Of a stretch of DNA of 57,344 nucleotides, positions 34,184-43,539 are shown piece by piece. Source of the DNA: Collinsella sp. (GTDB lineage Bacteria; Actinomycetota; Coriobacteriia; Coriobacteriales; Coriobacteriaceae). The notes under the pieces were generated by a model that saw nothing but the letters and a program-made list of their open reading frames with translations, had not been told where the DNA came from and did no database searches. The stretch lies in assembly GCA_019419405.1 (NCBI GenBank), contig DYAA01000106.1, forward strand, positions 1 to 57,344. The letters run 5' to 3'. Position numbers and translations under genes: made by a program. How positions within the stretch are numbered: position 1 is the first letter of the stretch; every line of letters starts with the position of its first letter.

Positions 34184-36778
34184 TTACTTGTCGGCGGCTG
34201 CTTTCTTGGCAGTCGACTTCTTCGCGGTCGTCTTCTTGGCGGCAGTGGCTTTCTTAGCCGTCGTCTTCTTGGCCGCCGTCGTCTTCTTTGCCGTGCTCGC
34301 CTTGGTTGTGGTCTTGCGACCGCGGGCGGGCTTCTTCTCCTTGGTCGGGCAGTCCATGTTGACGCAGATACGCCACGGACCGCGCGCCGTGTTGACCACC
34401 ACGATGGGGGCGCCGCACTCGGGACAGGTCTCGCCCGTCGCCTCGAGCTTGCCACGCGCCGGCAGCGGATAGCTCACGCCGCAGTCGTCATAGTTGGTGC
34501 AGCGGATAAAGCGCTTGCCGCTCTTCTCGCTCTTGTGTGCGATCAGGTCGCCATGGCGTCCTGCCTCGGCGCACACCTTGCACTCGCCCACCTTAAGGTC
34601 AGGCTCGTAGTTGGTGGGGCATGTGGGGTTCACGCAGATCTCGAAAGCCTTTTGGCGGAACGGCTGGCACTTAATGCGCGGCGCACCGCATTCGGGGCAC
34701 ACAGCAGCCTCGCCCTCGAGCGGGCTCACCTTGACGCCGCTCGGCACCGGATAGGTCACGTCGCAGTCGGGCCAGCCCATGCAGCCGATAAAGCTGCCGC
34801 GGGTCTTGGCACTCGTCTTCATAACCAAGTCCTTGCCGCACTTGGGGCAGGCACCCACGCGCGCATCGGCCGTGACGGCGTCGCTGATGGCATCGCCCAG
34901 CTCCTGCGTATGCTTGAGCAGCTCGTCGAGCACGCCGGCCAGCAGCGCGCGCGAGTGCGTCACGACATGCTCTTCGGTGTCCTCGCCGCGTTCCACGCGG
35001 GTCATGTCGCCGTCGAGCTCGCTGGTCATATCGGGGCTCGTGATGCGCGGGGCAAACTGGGACAGTGCGTCGATGATGGCGATACCCAGCTGGCTCGGCT
35101 CCACGGGATCGTTTTTAAGGTAGCGCACGGCGTACAGACGCTCGATGATGCTCGCGCGCGTGGACTTGGTGCCCAGGCCGCGCTTTTCCATCTCCTGCAC
35201 GAGCTTGCCCTGGCTGTAGCGTGCGGGCGGCTCGGTCTGCTTGGCCTCGAGCTTAATGTCGAACACGTCGACCGTATCGCCCTGCTCCAGCGGCGGCATC
35301 TGCTCGTCGCGCTTGAGTCCATACGGATACGCCTCGCGGAAACCCGGGGTCACGAGCACATCGCCCGAAGCCACGAACGGCTCACCATTGACGTCGAGCT
35401 CGAGCTTGGTGTTCTCGATGGTCGCGGGACCCATGAGCGTTGCCAGGAAGCGACGGGCGATGAGGTCGTAGAGCTTGCGCTGGCCACCGTCGAGCGCGGA
35501 CGGATCGCCCTCGCCCGTGGGATAGATAGGCGGGTGGTCGGTGGTCTCGACCTTGCCGCGCGTGGGCTTCATGGGACCGGCGAGCACCTTTTTGCACACG
35601 GGCGCCAGCGCCGGGTTGATCTTTGCCAGGTCGCTCACCACGGCGCCCAGGTCGAGCGTCGCAGGGTACACGGTATTGTCGACACGCGGGTAGCTGATGA
35701 GGCCCGCCATGTAGAGGGACTCGGCGATGCGCATGGTACGCGCAGGCGAGATGCCCTCGGCCGCGGCGGCAGCCTGCAGCGAGGTGGTCGCAAACGGCGT
35801 GGGCGGCTGCTGCTTACGCGAGCGCTTGGTCACCGCGGCAACGGTCGCCGTCGTAGCGCCGTCAACGTGGCCGTACGCTGTCTCGGCAGCATCCTTGTCG
35901 GTAAAGCGTGCCGTCTTGTGCGCAATCTTAAAGCGGTCGTCCTCGGCAGCACCCTGCGCGGCGCCCATGCCACGGATCTGCCAATAGTCCTCGGGCACAA
36001 ACGCCATGCGCTCGCGCTCGCGCTCGACCACCAGGGCAAGCGTCGGCGTCTGCACGCGGCCGGCGGAACGCACGTTGCCAAAACCGCCAAACTTGGCGAG
36101 TGTTAGGTAGCGCGTGAGCACCGCGCCCCAGATGAGGTCGATGTGCTGACGGCTCTCGCCGGCGTCGGCCAGGTTCTGGTCGAGCGAGACGAGATTATCG
36201 AAGGCCTGCGTGATCTCGGCCTTGGTAAACGAAGAATACTGGGCGCGGGCGACCGGCAGGTCGGGCGCAACCTCGCGCACCTTGTTGAGGGCGTCCGAAC
36301 CGATCAGCTCGCCCTCGCGATCGAAGTCCGTAGCGATGATGACGCTGTCGGACTTCTTGGCAAGGTTCTTGAGCGAACGAATGAGCTCCTTCTCGGCCGG
36401 TAGCTTAATGACGGGCGCCCAGGTGAGATAGGGCAGGCTCTCGAGCTTCCAGCCCTTGATGGAGATGCCATCGGCAAGAAACGGCTTGCGCTTGGTGTCG
36501 TAGGGCGGACGTGCCAGGCCATCGGGTATGTCGGCCGGCAGCATCTCGCCGTCCTCGGTGACCGAATACCAGCCCAGCTTTTTATCGAACAGCACGCTGT
36601 CACAAAAATCGGGCGCGAGGATGTGACCGGCAAGGCCGATCGTCACGCACTCCTCGCCCTTCCACTCAAAACGGTAGATGGCGGTGTTGTACACCTTGTC
36701 CTTTTTGGGCTTACCCGTGGACAGACGCTCGGCGATCTGACGCGCGGCGTCGTTTTTCTCGGCGATGATGAGCTTCAA
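34184..36778 (-). CDS. topA: Type IA DNA topoisomerase with C-terminal zinc ribbons and Lys/Ala-rich tail
   Basis: IIAEK, ATDFDREGELIG (TOPRIM), SAGRVQTPTL, ISYPRVD (catalytic Tyr), GLGTKSTR, multiple CxxC ribbons. Confidence 0.94.
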   Translation of the reverse strand: MKLIIAEKNDAARQIAERLSTGKPKKDKVYNTAIYRFEWKGEECVTIGLAGHILAPDFCDSVLFDKKLGWYSVTEDGEMLPADIPDGLARPPYDTKRKPFLADGISIKGWKLESLPYLTWAPVIKLPAEKELIRSLKNLAKKSDSVIIATDFDREGELIGSDALNKVREVAPDLPVARAQYSSFTKAEITQAFDNLVSLDQNLADAGESRQHIDLIWGAVLTRYLTLAKFGGFGNVRSAGRVQTPTLALVVERERERMAFVPEDYWQIRGMGAAQGAAEDDRFKIAHKTARFTDKDAAETAYGHVDGATTATVAAVTKRSRKQQPPTPFATTSLQAAAAAEGISPARTMRIAESLYMAGLISYPRVDNTVYPATLDLGAVVSDLAKINPALAPVCKKVLAGPMKPTRGKVETTDHPPIYPTGEGDPSALDGGQRKLYDLIARRFLATLMGPATIENTKLELDVNGEPFVASGDVLVTPGFREAYPYGLKRDEQMPPLEQGDTVDVFDIKLEAKQTEPPARYSQGKLVQEMEKRGLGTKSTRASIIERLYAVRYLKNDPVEPSQLGIAIIDALSQFAPRITSPDMTSELDGDMTRVERGEDTEEHVVTHSRALLAGVLDELLKHTQELGDAISDAVTADARVGACPKCGKDLVMKTSAKTRGSFIGCMGWPDCDVTYPVPSGVKVSPLEGEAAVCPECGAPRIKCQPFRQKAFEICVNPTCPTNYEPDLKVGECKVCAEAGRHGDLIAHKSEKSGKRFIRCTNYDDCGVSYPLPARGKLEATGETCPECGAPIVVVNTARGPWRICVNMDCPTKEKKPARGRKTTTKASTAKKTTAAKKTTAKKATAAKKTTAKKSTAKKAAADK

Positions 36779-36832
36779 AAGAGGCTCCTATCTCGTATCT
36801 CTGCGGCTACGCCCGCCCGTATGGCGGCCGAC

Positions 36833-37516
36833 TTACGCCCTTGCTTGCTCAATCTGCCCGATGAGCCAATCGCACCAGGCATCCATGCCCTCGCCCTTGC
36901 GCGCGCTCACGGCAAACCGCGGCGCCTGCGGATTGAGGTCATCGAGTGTCTTAGTATACCTATCCATGTCAAAATCGAAAGCCGGGGCCACGTCAACCTT
37001 GTTGAGCAGCTGCGCGCCGGCGTGTTGGAAGATGCCCGGGTACTTGATGGGCTTGTCGTCGCCCTCGGGCACCGAGAGGATCATGATGGACAGGTTCTCG
37101 CCCAGGTCAAAGTCGACTGGGCAGACCAGGTTGCCCACATTTTCGATAAAGATGACGTCGATGTTATCGAGCCCAACGGCCTGGTCGAACGCGTCAACGG
37201 CTTCCATGATCATGTTGCCCTCGAGGTGGCACAGGCCGCCCGTGTTGATCTGGATGGCAGGCATGCCGGCTTCCTTCATGGTGATGGCGTCGACGTCCGA
37301 GGCGATATCGCCTTCGATGACGGCGCAGCGCAAGCCGGCCTTGTCGCGCAGGCGCTCGTTGGTGCCCAGAATCGTTGTTGTCTTACCCGAGCCGGGGCTC
37401 GACAAGACGTTGATCACGTAGGTGTTTGTCTCATTAAATCGCTGACGCAGCTGATCTGCCAGGCGCTCGTTGCGCGACAGGATCGGCGACGCGATATCAA
37501 TCGTTTTCTCGGCCAT
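36833..37516 (-). CDS. hypB: Hydrogenase nickel incorporation GTPase HypB
   Basis: SSPGSGKTT, IEGD, GGLCHL, ENVGNLVCP..FDLGE, EGDDKPIKYP, NKVD. Confidence 0.95.
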   Translation of the reverse strand: MAEKTIDIASPILSRNERLADQLRQRFNETNTYVINVLSSPGSGKTTTILGTNERLRDKAGLRCAVIEGDIASDVDAITMKEAGMPAIQINTGGLCHLEGNMIMEAVDAFDQAVGLDNIDVIFIENVGNLVCPVDFDLGENLSIMILSVPEGDDKPIKYPGIFQHAGAQLLNKVDVAPAFDFDMDRYTKTLDDLNPQAPRFAVSARKGEGMDAWCDWLIGQIEQARA

Positions 37517-37570
37517 ACTCGGCGCTCCTTACTTCTACCATTTATACCCCGTCCCCAGGTTGCTGGCGGG

Positions 37571-37927
37571 CTAATCGTCGGGGGTCTCGATCTCGATACT
37601 TGCGATGTCGAGTTCGCGGCCGTGCAGCAGGCGCACGTTGGCGCCGCCACATTGGGGGCAGCGGCAATGAAAGCGGTCGTGCTCGAAAACCTCGCCGCAG
37701 TCCAGGCACTCGCTTTGCGGATGAATCTCTTCTACAGCGAGCTCGCAGCCGCGCGTGAGCGGGTCCTCGTCGCGAAACGTCTCCCACGCAAAGTCAAGCG
37801 CCTCGCGCACAACTTCGGTCATATCCCCGATACGCAGCGTTACCAAAACGGCGCGCGAGGCCCCCGCCCCACGCGCCGCGCGAATCACTGTATCGAGTAT
37901 GCCGTTGACAATGCCAACCTCGTGCAT
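37571..37927 (-). CDS. hypA: Hydrogenase maturation nickel metallochaperone HypA
   Basis: MHE start, CLDCG and CPQCG, GREL.I.SIE. Confidence 0.95.
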   Translation of the reverse strand: MHEVGIVNGILDTVIRAARGAGASRAVLVTLRIGDMTEVVREALDFAWETFRDEDPLTRGCELAVEEIHPQSECLDCGEVFEHDRFHCRCPQCGGANVRLLHGRELDIASIEIETPDD

Positions 37928-37933
37928 ACCGAT

Positions 37934-38725
37934 TTACTCCTCGTCGTCCTCGTCGTCCGAGAACAGGTCCAGACGGCTCACGAACAGGCCCTCCTTGCCC
38001 TCGCGCGCGGTAATGACCACGCGGGCGATAGCGAGCGAGATCTCGTAGAGCGAGAGCAGGGCGCCGTACATAAGGCCCAGGGTGACGGGCGAGCCGTCGG
38101 GCGTGATCACAGCCGAACCCACGAGCAGGCCTACGTACACGTAGCGCCAGGCGCTGCGGAAGGCCGCGTAGGACACGATATGGAAAACAGACAGGTAGAA
38201 GATGATGAGCGGCAGCTCAAACGCCACACCAAAGCCGATCATAAAGAGCAGCTCCATGTTGACGTAGTTCTCCAGGTCGGGCAGCGCCGTAGCGACGGCC
38301 GAGGTCTCGCCGATGAGCCACTCAAAGCCCGCCGGGATGATGATGAAGTAGCAGAAGATGGCACCCAGGAAGAACAGAACCGTCGAGGCGAGCACCGTGG
38401 GCACAACCCACTTGCGCTCGTTGGGGCGCAGTGCCGGCAGGAAAAATGCCAGGATCTGCCAGATGATCATGGGCGTGCACATGACCACGGCCATCTTGAT
38501 GGCCAGCGAGAAGCGCAGGCCAAAGCCGCCGAGCGTGGTGGTGATGTAGAACTTACCGTCCGGCACAAAGGAGCGGATGGGGTCTTCCAGGATATCGAGC
38601 ACCACAGGCGTGGCGAAATACAGCACGATAGCGGCGGCAAACACCGATACGACCACGATAGTCAGGCGGCGACGAAGCTCTCCCAGGTGATCGAAGAGCG
38701 GCATGCGCGCAGGTCCGATCGGCAT
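37934..38725 (-). CDS. tatC: Twin-arginine translocase subunit TatC
   Basis: MPLFDHLGELRRRL, F.LPAL.PNE, FGVAFELP, ITPD, LYEISL. Confidence 0.95.
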   Translation of the reverse strand: MPIGPARMPLFDHLGELRRRLTIVVVSVFAAAIVLYFATPVVLDILEDPIRSFVPDGKFYITTTLGGFGLRFSLAIKMAVVMCTPMIIWQILAFFLPALRPNERKWVVPTVLASTVLFFLGAIFCYFIIIPAGFEWLIGETSAVATALPDLENYVNMELLFMIGFGVAFELPLIIFYLSVFHIVSYAAFRSAWRYVYVGLLVGSAVITPDGSPVTLGLMYGALLSLYEISLAIARVVITAREGKEGLFVSRLDLFSDDEDDEE

Positions 38726-39297
38726 TACTCATCGCCTCCCTTCGGGGCGTCGGCGGCAGCAGCCTCGGCATCGTCCTCGACCTCGAGCTCGCGAGCGAGC
38801 TGGTCGACGACGGCCTTGCGTTTGCGGGGACGACGGGCGTAGAGGTCAGCCGTCGTGGGCTCTGCCGGCTCGGGCTCGGGCTCTGCAGCAGGCTCGGGCT
38901 CGACGGCAGCAGCAGGCTCTGTACCCTCGGCCTCATCAACAGCGCCTTCGCCCTCAGCAGCACCCTCGCTTGCGGCCTTCTCGGCAGCAAGACGGGCGCG
39001 ACGCTCGGCAAAGGTCTCCTTCTTGGCGGGCGCTGCCGTCTCGGCGGCATCCTCGTCCGCATCGGAATCGTCGTCGGTCGCAGCGGCCTTCTTGGGCTTG
39101 ACCGGGGCCGACGCGGCCTCGCTCACCGGATCGATAATCTCGGACTGAACAACGGCCGTCATCTTTTCCTGCGTCTCGCGGAACTGACGGATGGCACGGC
39201 CGATCGTGCGGCCCATCTGCGGGAGCTTATCCGGGCCAAACAGCAAAAAGCCGAAGACCACGATGATCGCGAGCTCACCCTCTCCAATACCAAACAC
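38725..39297 (-). CDS. Twin-arginine translocase TatA/TatB subunit
   Basis: FGIGEGEL....LLFGPDKLP.MGR.IGRAIRQFR. GGAGG RBS before GTG 39297. Confidence 0.92.
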   Translation of the reverse strand: MFGIGEGELAIIVVFGFLLFGPDKLPQMGRTIGRAIRQFRETQEKMTAVVQSEIIDPVSEAASAPVKPKKAAATDDDSDADEDAAETAAPAKKETFAERRARLAAEKAASEGAAEGEGAVDEAEGTEPAAAVEPEPAAEPEPEPAEPTTADLYARRPRKRKAVVDQLARELEVEDDAEAAAADAPKGGDE

Positions 39298-39450
39298 ACA
39301 TACCTCCAAGGCTCGATGTGAGTCGAGCCCGCACCGCGCCATTCGGCCGGAACTCGTCTATTCATTCGGTCAAGTATAGCGCCCGGACGCCAAAACGTCC
39401 GAGCGCATCACAAACATATGCCAAACGGCACGCCCTTTTGGGGGCAAAGA

Positions 39451-39765
39451 TTATGCAGCGGTGATCGAAATCTCCTGGTCGACGCCCAACAGCTGAACCA
39501 CGCGCATCACCGGGGGCTGCACGTTGACGCAGCTAAAACGCTTACCATGATCAGCTGCGTGGTGTGCGGCGCCCACAAGCACGCCAATGCCCGTCGAATC
39601 GATGTAGCTCACCTGGGCAAAATCGAGCTCAACGGCCTCAGTGGGCTGCTCGAGCGCCAGGTCGATGGCATTGCGCAGGCTATCGGCGTTAGAGATATCG
39701 ATCTCACCGGTCACCTTAATGGTGTAGAGCTCTGGCGTGGGGTTGGTGGAAATACCCAAATCCAT
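39451..39765 (-). CDS. STAS-domain anti-sigma factor antagonist
   Basis: GEIDIS, LDF.QVSYIDSTGIGVL motif. Confidence 0.92.
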   Translation of the reverse strand: MDLGISTNPTPELYTIKVTGEIDISNADSLRNAIDLALEQPTEAVELDFAQVSYIDSTGIGVLVGAAHHAADHGKRFSCVNVQPPVMRVVQLLGVDQEISITAA

Positions 39766-39831
39766 GTATACGCTCCTTTACGTATCGAAAGTGCGGATAG
39801 TACTAGGCGCGGACTTGCGGGGCCCTACGCG

Positions 39832-41136
39832 TTAGGCGCGCTCGGCACGCGCAAGCTCGGCAGCGACGAGCTTGACAGCCAGCACCAGCACATCGAGCGC
39901 GGCCTCCAGGTCCTCGACCGTGGGATAGCTCGGCGCGATGCGGATGTTGGTGTCGCGCGGATCCTTGCCATAAGGCCAGGTGGCACCAGCCGGCGTGAGC
40001 TTGACGCCCAGGTCGGCACAAAGCGCGGCGACCTTCTGGGCCGAGCCCTCGGGGCCATCGAAACTCACAAAGTAGCCGCCATGGGGATGAGTCCAAGTGG
40101 CGCAACCCGTGTTGCCCAAGCCCTCGGTGAGTTTACGCTCAACGGCCTCAAAGCGCGGGCGCAGGAACTCGGCATGCTTTTTCATGTGCTCCTTGACCGC
40201 CTCGATGGTGGGAAGGAAACGCACGTGACGCAGCTGGTTGAGCTTGTCGGCGCTGATGAGGCCGGCCTTCAGGCGCTTGGAGAACTCGGCGATAACCGCG
40301 GGGCTCGCACCAATAAAGCCGATGCCGGCGCCCGGGAAGGTGATCTTGGACGTCGAGGCAAAGGCCACCACGCGATCCTCGGTGCCCGCCGCGCGAGCGA
40401 GGTCAAAGATATTTGCGAGCTCGTCGGTCTCGTCGTACAGGTCGTGCACGCAGTAAGCGTTGTCCCAAAAGATGCGGAAATCGGGCGCGGCCGTGGGCAT
40501 CTCGACCAGGCGGCGCACAGTGTCCTCGCTAAAGGTGATGCCCGTGGGGTTGGAATACTTGGGCACGCACCAGATGCCCTTGATGGAATCGTCGGCGGCA
40601 ACCAGGCGCTCAACCTCGTCCATGTCGGGGCCGTTGTCGGTCATCGCGACGGGGACGTTCTCGATGCCCAAGTCGGCGGTGATGCCAAAGTGGCGATCGT
40701 AGCCGGGAACGGGGCACAGGAACTTGACCTTCTTGCCGTCGTGCGCGGCCTCGTAGGCGTCCCAGGGCTCGCTGCCGCACGAGCCGCAACGCCAGAACAT
40801 ACCGGCGATGTCATGCTCAATCAGCAAACTCGACGAGCCCAGCACGAGCGTCTGCTCGGCAGGGCACCCCAGGAACTCCCCCGCTAGCTTGCGTGCCGAG
40901 GGAATGCCCTCAAAGCAGCCGTAGTTGGAGCAGTCGACGTTGCCGTCGTGCAGATCGGCATCGGCATTGAGGATATCGAGCATAGGTCGAGAGATGTCCA
41001 CCTGGGAGGGCGACGGCTTGCCGCGGGCCATGTCGAGCGCCAGGCCCTTGGCCTTGACCTCGGCGACCTCGGCTTTGAGCGCCTCGATGGCGGCATCGAG
41101 TTCGGTGGTTTCCATCTTCTGGTAGATCGTCTGCAT
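39832..41136 (-). CDS. PLP-dependent aminotransferase class I/II (actinobacterial aspartate aminotransferase type)
   Basis: LDMARGKP, PVPGYDRHF, VPKYSNPTG, WDNAY, STSKITF, NIRIAPS. Confidence 0.92.
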   Translation of the reverse strand: MQTIYQKMETTELDAAIEALKAEVAEVKAKGLALDMARGKPSPSQVDISRPMLDILNADADLHDGNVDCSNYGCFEGIPSARKLAGEFLGCPAEQTLVLGSSSLLIEHDIAGMFWRCGSCGSEPWDAYEAAHDGKKVKFLCPVPGYDRHFGITADLGIENVPVAMTDNGPDMDEVERLVAADDSIKGIWCVPKYSNPTGITFSEDTVRRLVEMPTAAPDFRIFWDNAYCVHDLYDETDELANIFDLARAAGTEDRVVAFASTSKITFPGAGIGFIGASPAVIAEFSKRLKAGLISADKLNQLRHVRFLPTIEAVKEHMKKHAEFLRPRFEAVERKLTEGLGNTGCATWTHPHGGYFVSFDGPEGSAQKVAALCADLGVKLTPAGATWPYGKDPRDTNIRIAPSYPTVEDLEAALDVLVLAVKLVAAELARAERA

Positions 41137-41285
41137 GGGTGCGACCTTTCGCGAAGCGGTACGTTGCAGTTCGTCTAAGTATAGACCGCCACCGCCACAA
41201 CGGTATGAAGCCGTGATAGATTAAGTTCATCGCAATGAATTACGAATCGCCGCGCATGGCGGCGTGGGGCGCCCAAGGAGGCACT

Positions 41286-41540
41286 ATGGAGTACGGATCG
41301 TTTAGGGCCGAGGAATTCGGCGACCTGCAGCGCCTGGTCGACGGGCTGTTTTACGACCGCCATGCCATCGACCGCCTGGACCTGATCGTACAGGCCGAAA
41401 TCTTGGACCTGGCGCCCGATCTCATGGAAATCGTCAACCTGCTACCGCCCGGCTATTACGACCGCCAGTCACTCTGCGACCAGCTCAACTCCGCCTTGGC
41501 CGCCCACGGCTGGGGCGCCGTCTACGGAACGGTGGAATAA
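41286..41540 (+). CDS. Small hypothetical protein (84 aa)
   Basis: Strong AAGGAGG RBS, GC3-biased codons, divergent from the aminotransferase. Confidence 0.8.
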   Translation: MEYGSFRAEEFGDLQRLVDGLFYDRHAIDRLDLIVQAEILDLAPDLMEIVNLLPPGYYDRQSLCDQLNSALAAHGWGAVYGTVE

Positions 41541-41600
41541 GCCTCGAGGCCGGCGATTTGGCCCGCTTCCCGACCTTGGCGAGGCTTGTTTTAGGGCTTG

Positions 41601-41828
41601 TGGCCAAAAAAGGGCAAATATGAGTACTGTTACCTTTTTAGTAGCAGCGATTTTTGGTCGAAATCGGCAAAACTCGACTTGAAACTTCCTAATCACCGTC
41701 AGCTAGCGCCAAATTGGAAGTCGATGGTCACTCATTAACGTACAGTTCTTATAACTTTGTTCATTATTTTCCGCACCTAAAATGATACGCCGTTTGTGAC
41801 AGTACTCACAAACGGCGTTTTTTGACCA
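41601..41828. repeat. MITE-like element, copy 2
   Basis: Left 47 bp match copy 1 (27034-27080) at 41/47. The right end GTGACAGTACTCA...TTTTTGACCA is the inverted counterpart. Confidence 0.8.
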
Positions 41829-41913
41829 CTGGCGTGTCTGGCAGGCGGCAAGCACCGCCAGAATCCGCATTTTGGACGCGCCCGAATCGGTTCTGGAGCC
41901 GGTTTTCGCGCTC

Positions 41914-43272
41914 TTACTCGTCTTTGGGCGAGGGATGCTTGCAGACCACGCTCATGTAGATCATGCCGAGCACGGCTGCGGTGACCGAACCGGCGAGAAT
42001 AGCGGCCTTGGCTGCAAGAACCTCAAACTGGGCCGTCGGGAAGGCAAGGCCGCTGATGAGAATCGACATGGTAAAGCCGATACCGCCCAGAATGCCCACG
42101 CCGGCAATCATGTGCCAGTTGACATTGTGCGGCAGCTCGCAGGCCTTAAGCTTAACCAGGGCAAACGTCATACCAAAGATGCCGATCGGCTTGCCCAGCA
42201 GCATGCCAAAGTACACGCCGAGCGTCACCGGATCGGTGAGCAGCGTGCTCATGTCCACGCCCACTAAACGAACCTGAGCGTTTACGAACGCAAAGATCGG
42301 CAGGATCACAAAGTTGACCGGCGTGGAGATCAGACGCTCCATGCGGATAAGCGGCGGGGTCACGCGGTGCATGACGCGCTCGACCTTGGTAGTCGAGACG
42401 GTAAAGTCATGCTGGCCCAGGATGTGTGCCTCGTCGTCGTAGCGGTCATCGAGCAGCGGCAGGCACTCGCCCAGCCAATCGGTGAGACTATCGAGCTTGA
42501 CGCCGCACTTGGCCGGAATGGTGAAGGCCAGGATGACGCCAGCAAGCGTGGCATGTACGCCGCTCTTGAACATGCAGAACCACAACAGCAGCCCCAGTAC
42601 CGAATACGGGGCAAGGCGGTAATGCTGCGTCTTGTTGAGCCACACGAGCGCGCAGGTCACAAGCGCGGCGGCGCCCAACCAAAACGGATTGGGGCTCTGA
42701 CCGTAGAAGATGGCGATGGCGGCGATGGAGATCAGGTCGTCGGCGATAGCGAGCGTCGAGAAGAACACGCGCACGCCGTTGGGAACGCGGTTGCCCAAAA
42801 GCGACAGCACGCCCAGCGCAAAGGCAATATCGGTTGCCATGGGGATGGCCCAACCGTTGCGGGCGCCGGCATGGTTAAAGATCAGGTAGATGCAGGCGGG
42901 AACGACGACGCCGCCCACCGCCGCCAACATGGGAAGCATGGCCTGACGCGGATTCTTGAGCTCGCCGACCGTCATCTCGTACTTAAGCTCAATGCCCACC
43001 AACAAAAAGAAAATCGCCATGAGGAAGTCGTTGACGAAAAGCTCAACGGTGAGACCAGCCGTAAGGTTGCCCAGGCCCACATACAGCGGGGTCTCCAAAA
43101 AGTGATGGATGGCCTCGTAGGCATCGGTGTTGGCGCAGATAACGGCGGCGATAGCGGCGAAGACCATGACGGCGGCGGAAATCGTGCCGTTCTCGGCGAT
43201 GCGCTCCCAAATGTCGTGACGTTCAAAGCGCTTGCGCTCACGAACGTTGAACAGCTGCTCAGTTGCTGCCAT
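41914..43272 (-). CDS. nhaA: Na+/H+ antiporter NhaA
   Basis: NDFLMAIFF..VG.ELK.E, GWAIPMATDIAFALG, LAIADDL, SGVHATLAGV, GIGFTMS. Confidence 0.96.
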   Translation of the reverse strand: MAATEQLFNVRERKRFERHDIWERIAENGTISAAVMVFAAIAAVICANTDAYEAIHHFLETPLYVGLGNLTAGLTVELFVNDFLMAIFFLLVGIELKYEMTVGELKNPRQAMLPMLAAVGGVVVPACIYLIFNHAGARNGWAIPMATDIAFALGVLSLLGNRVPNGVRVFFSTLAIADDLISIAAIAIFYGQSPNPFWLGAAALVTCALVWLNKTQHYRLAPYSVLGLLLWFCMFKSGVHATLAGVILAFTIPAKCGVKLDSLTDWLGECLPLLDDRYDDEAHILGQHDFTVSTTKVERVMHRVTPPLIRMERLISTPVNFVILPIFAFVNAQVRLVGVDMSTLLTDPVTLGVYFGMLLGKPIGIFGMTFALVKLKACELPHNVNWHMIAGVGILGGIGFTMSILISGLAFPTAQFEVLAAKAAILAGSVTAAVLGMIYMSVVCKHPSPKDE

Positions 43273-43539
43273 GGGCGGCTCCTTTCACGGGAAAGCTCCC
43301 GTCTTAAAAAAGCACGGCCCGCCCAAGTGGCGGCGCCGCGCTCTAACGTATTACGCTTGCATCTAGCCTACCCTGCACGACAAGCACGCAGGCGTGGCCG
43401 AAAAGCGGAACCACAGGTTGAACATTATTTGCTCAACGGCACGGGCACGCCTGTCCAAGAGACGACGCGGCGCCGTGCACAAAAAACGACCGGAGCGCGG
43501 GACGTCCGCGATCCGGTCGTGGCGTTTGGTCAACTAAAC

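Noticed and set aside
34190..34320. Short tandem repeats as a possible CRISPR or VNTR array
   Set aside because: They encode the AKKTT tail of topoisomerase. There is no repeat-spacer structure and no cas gene anywhere in the window.
41710..41735. KLEVDGH peptide inside TIR copy 2 resembling a DUF559 motif
   Set aside because: Too short, with no start or extended similarity, and absent from copy 1. Probably chance.
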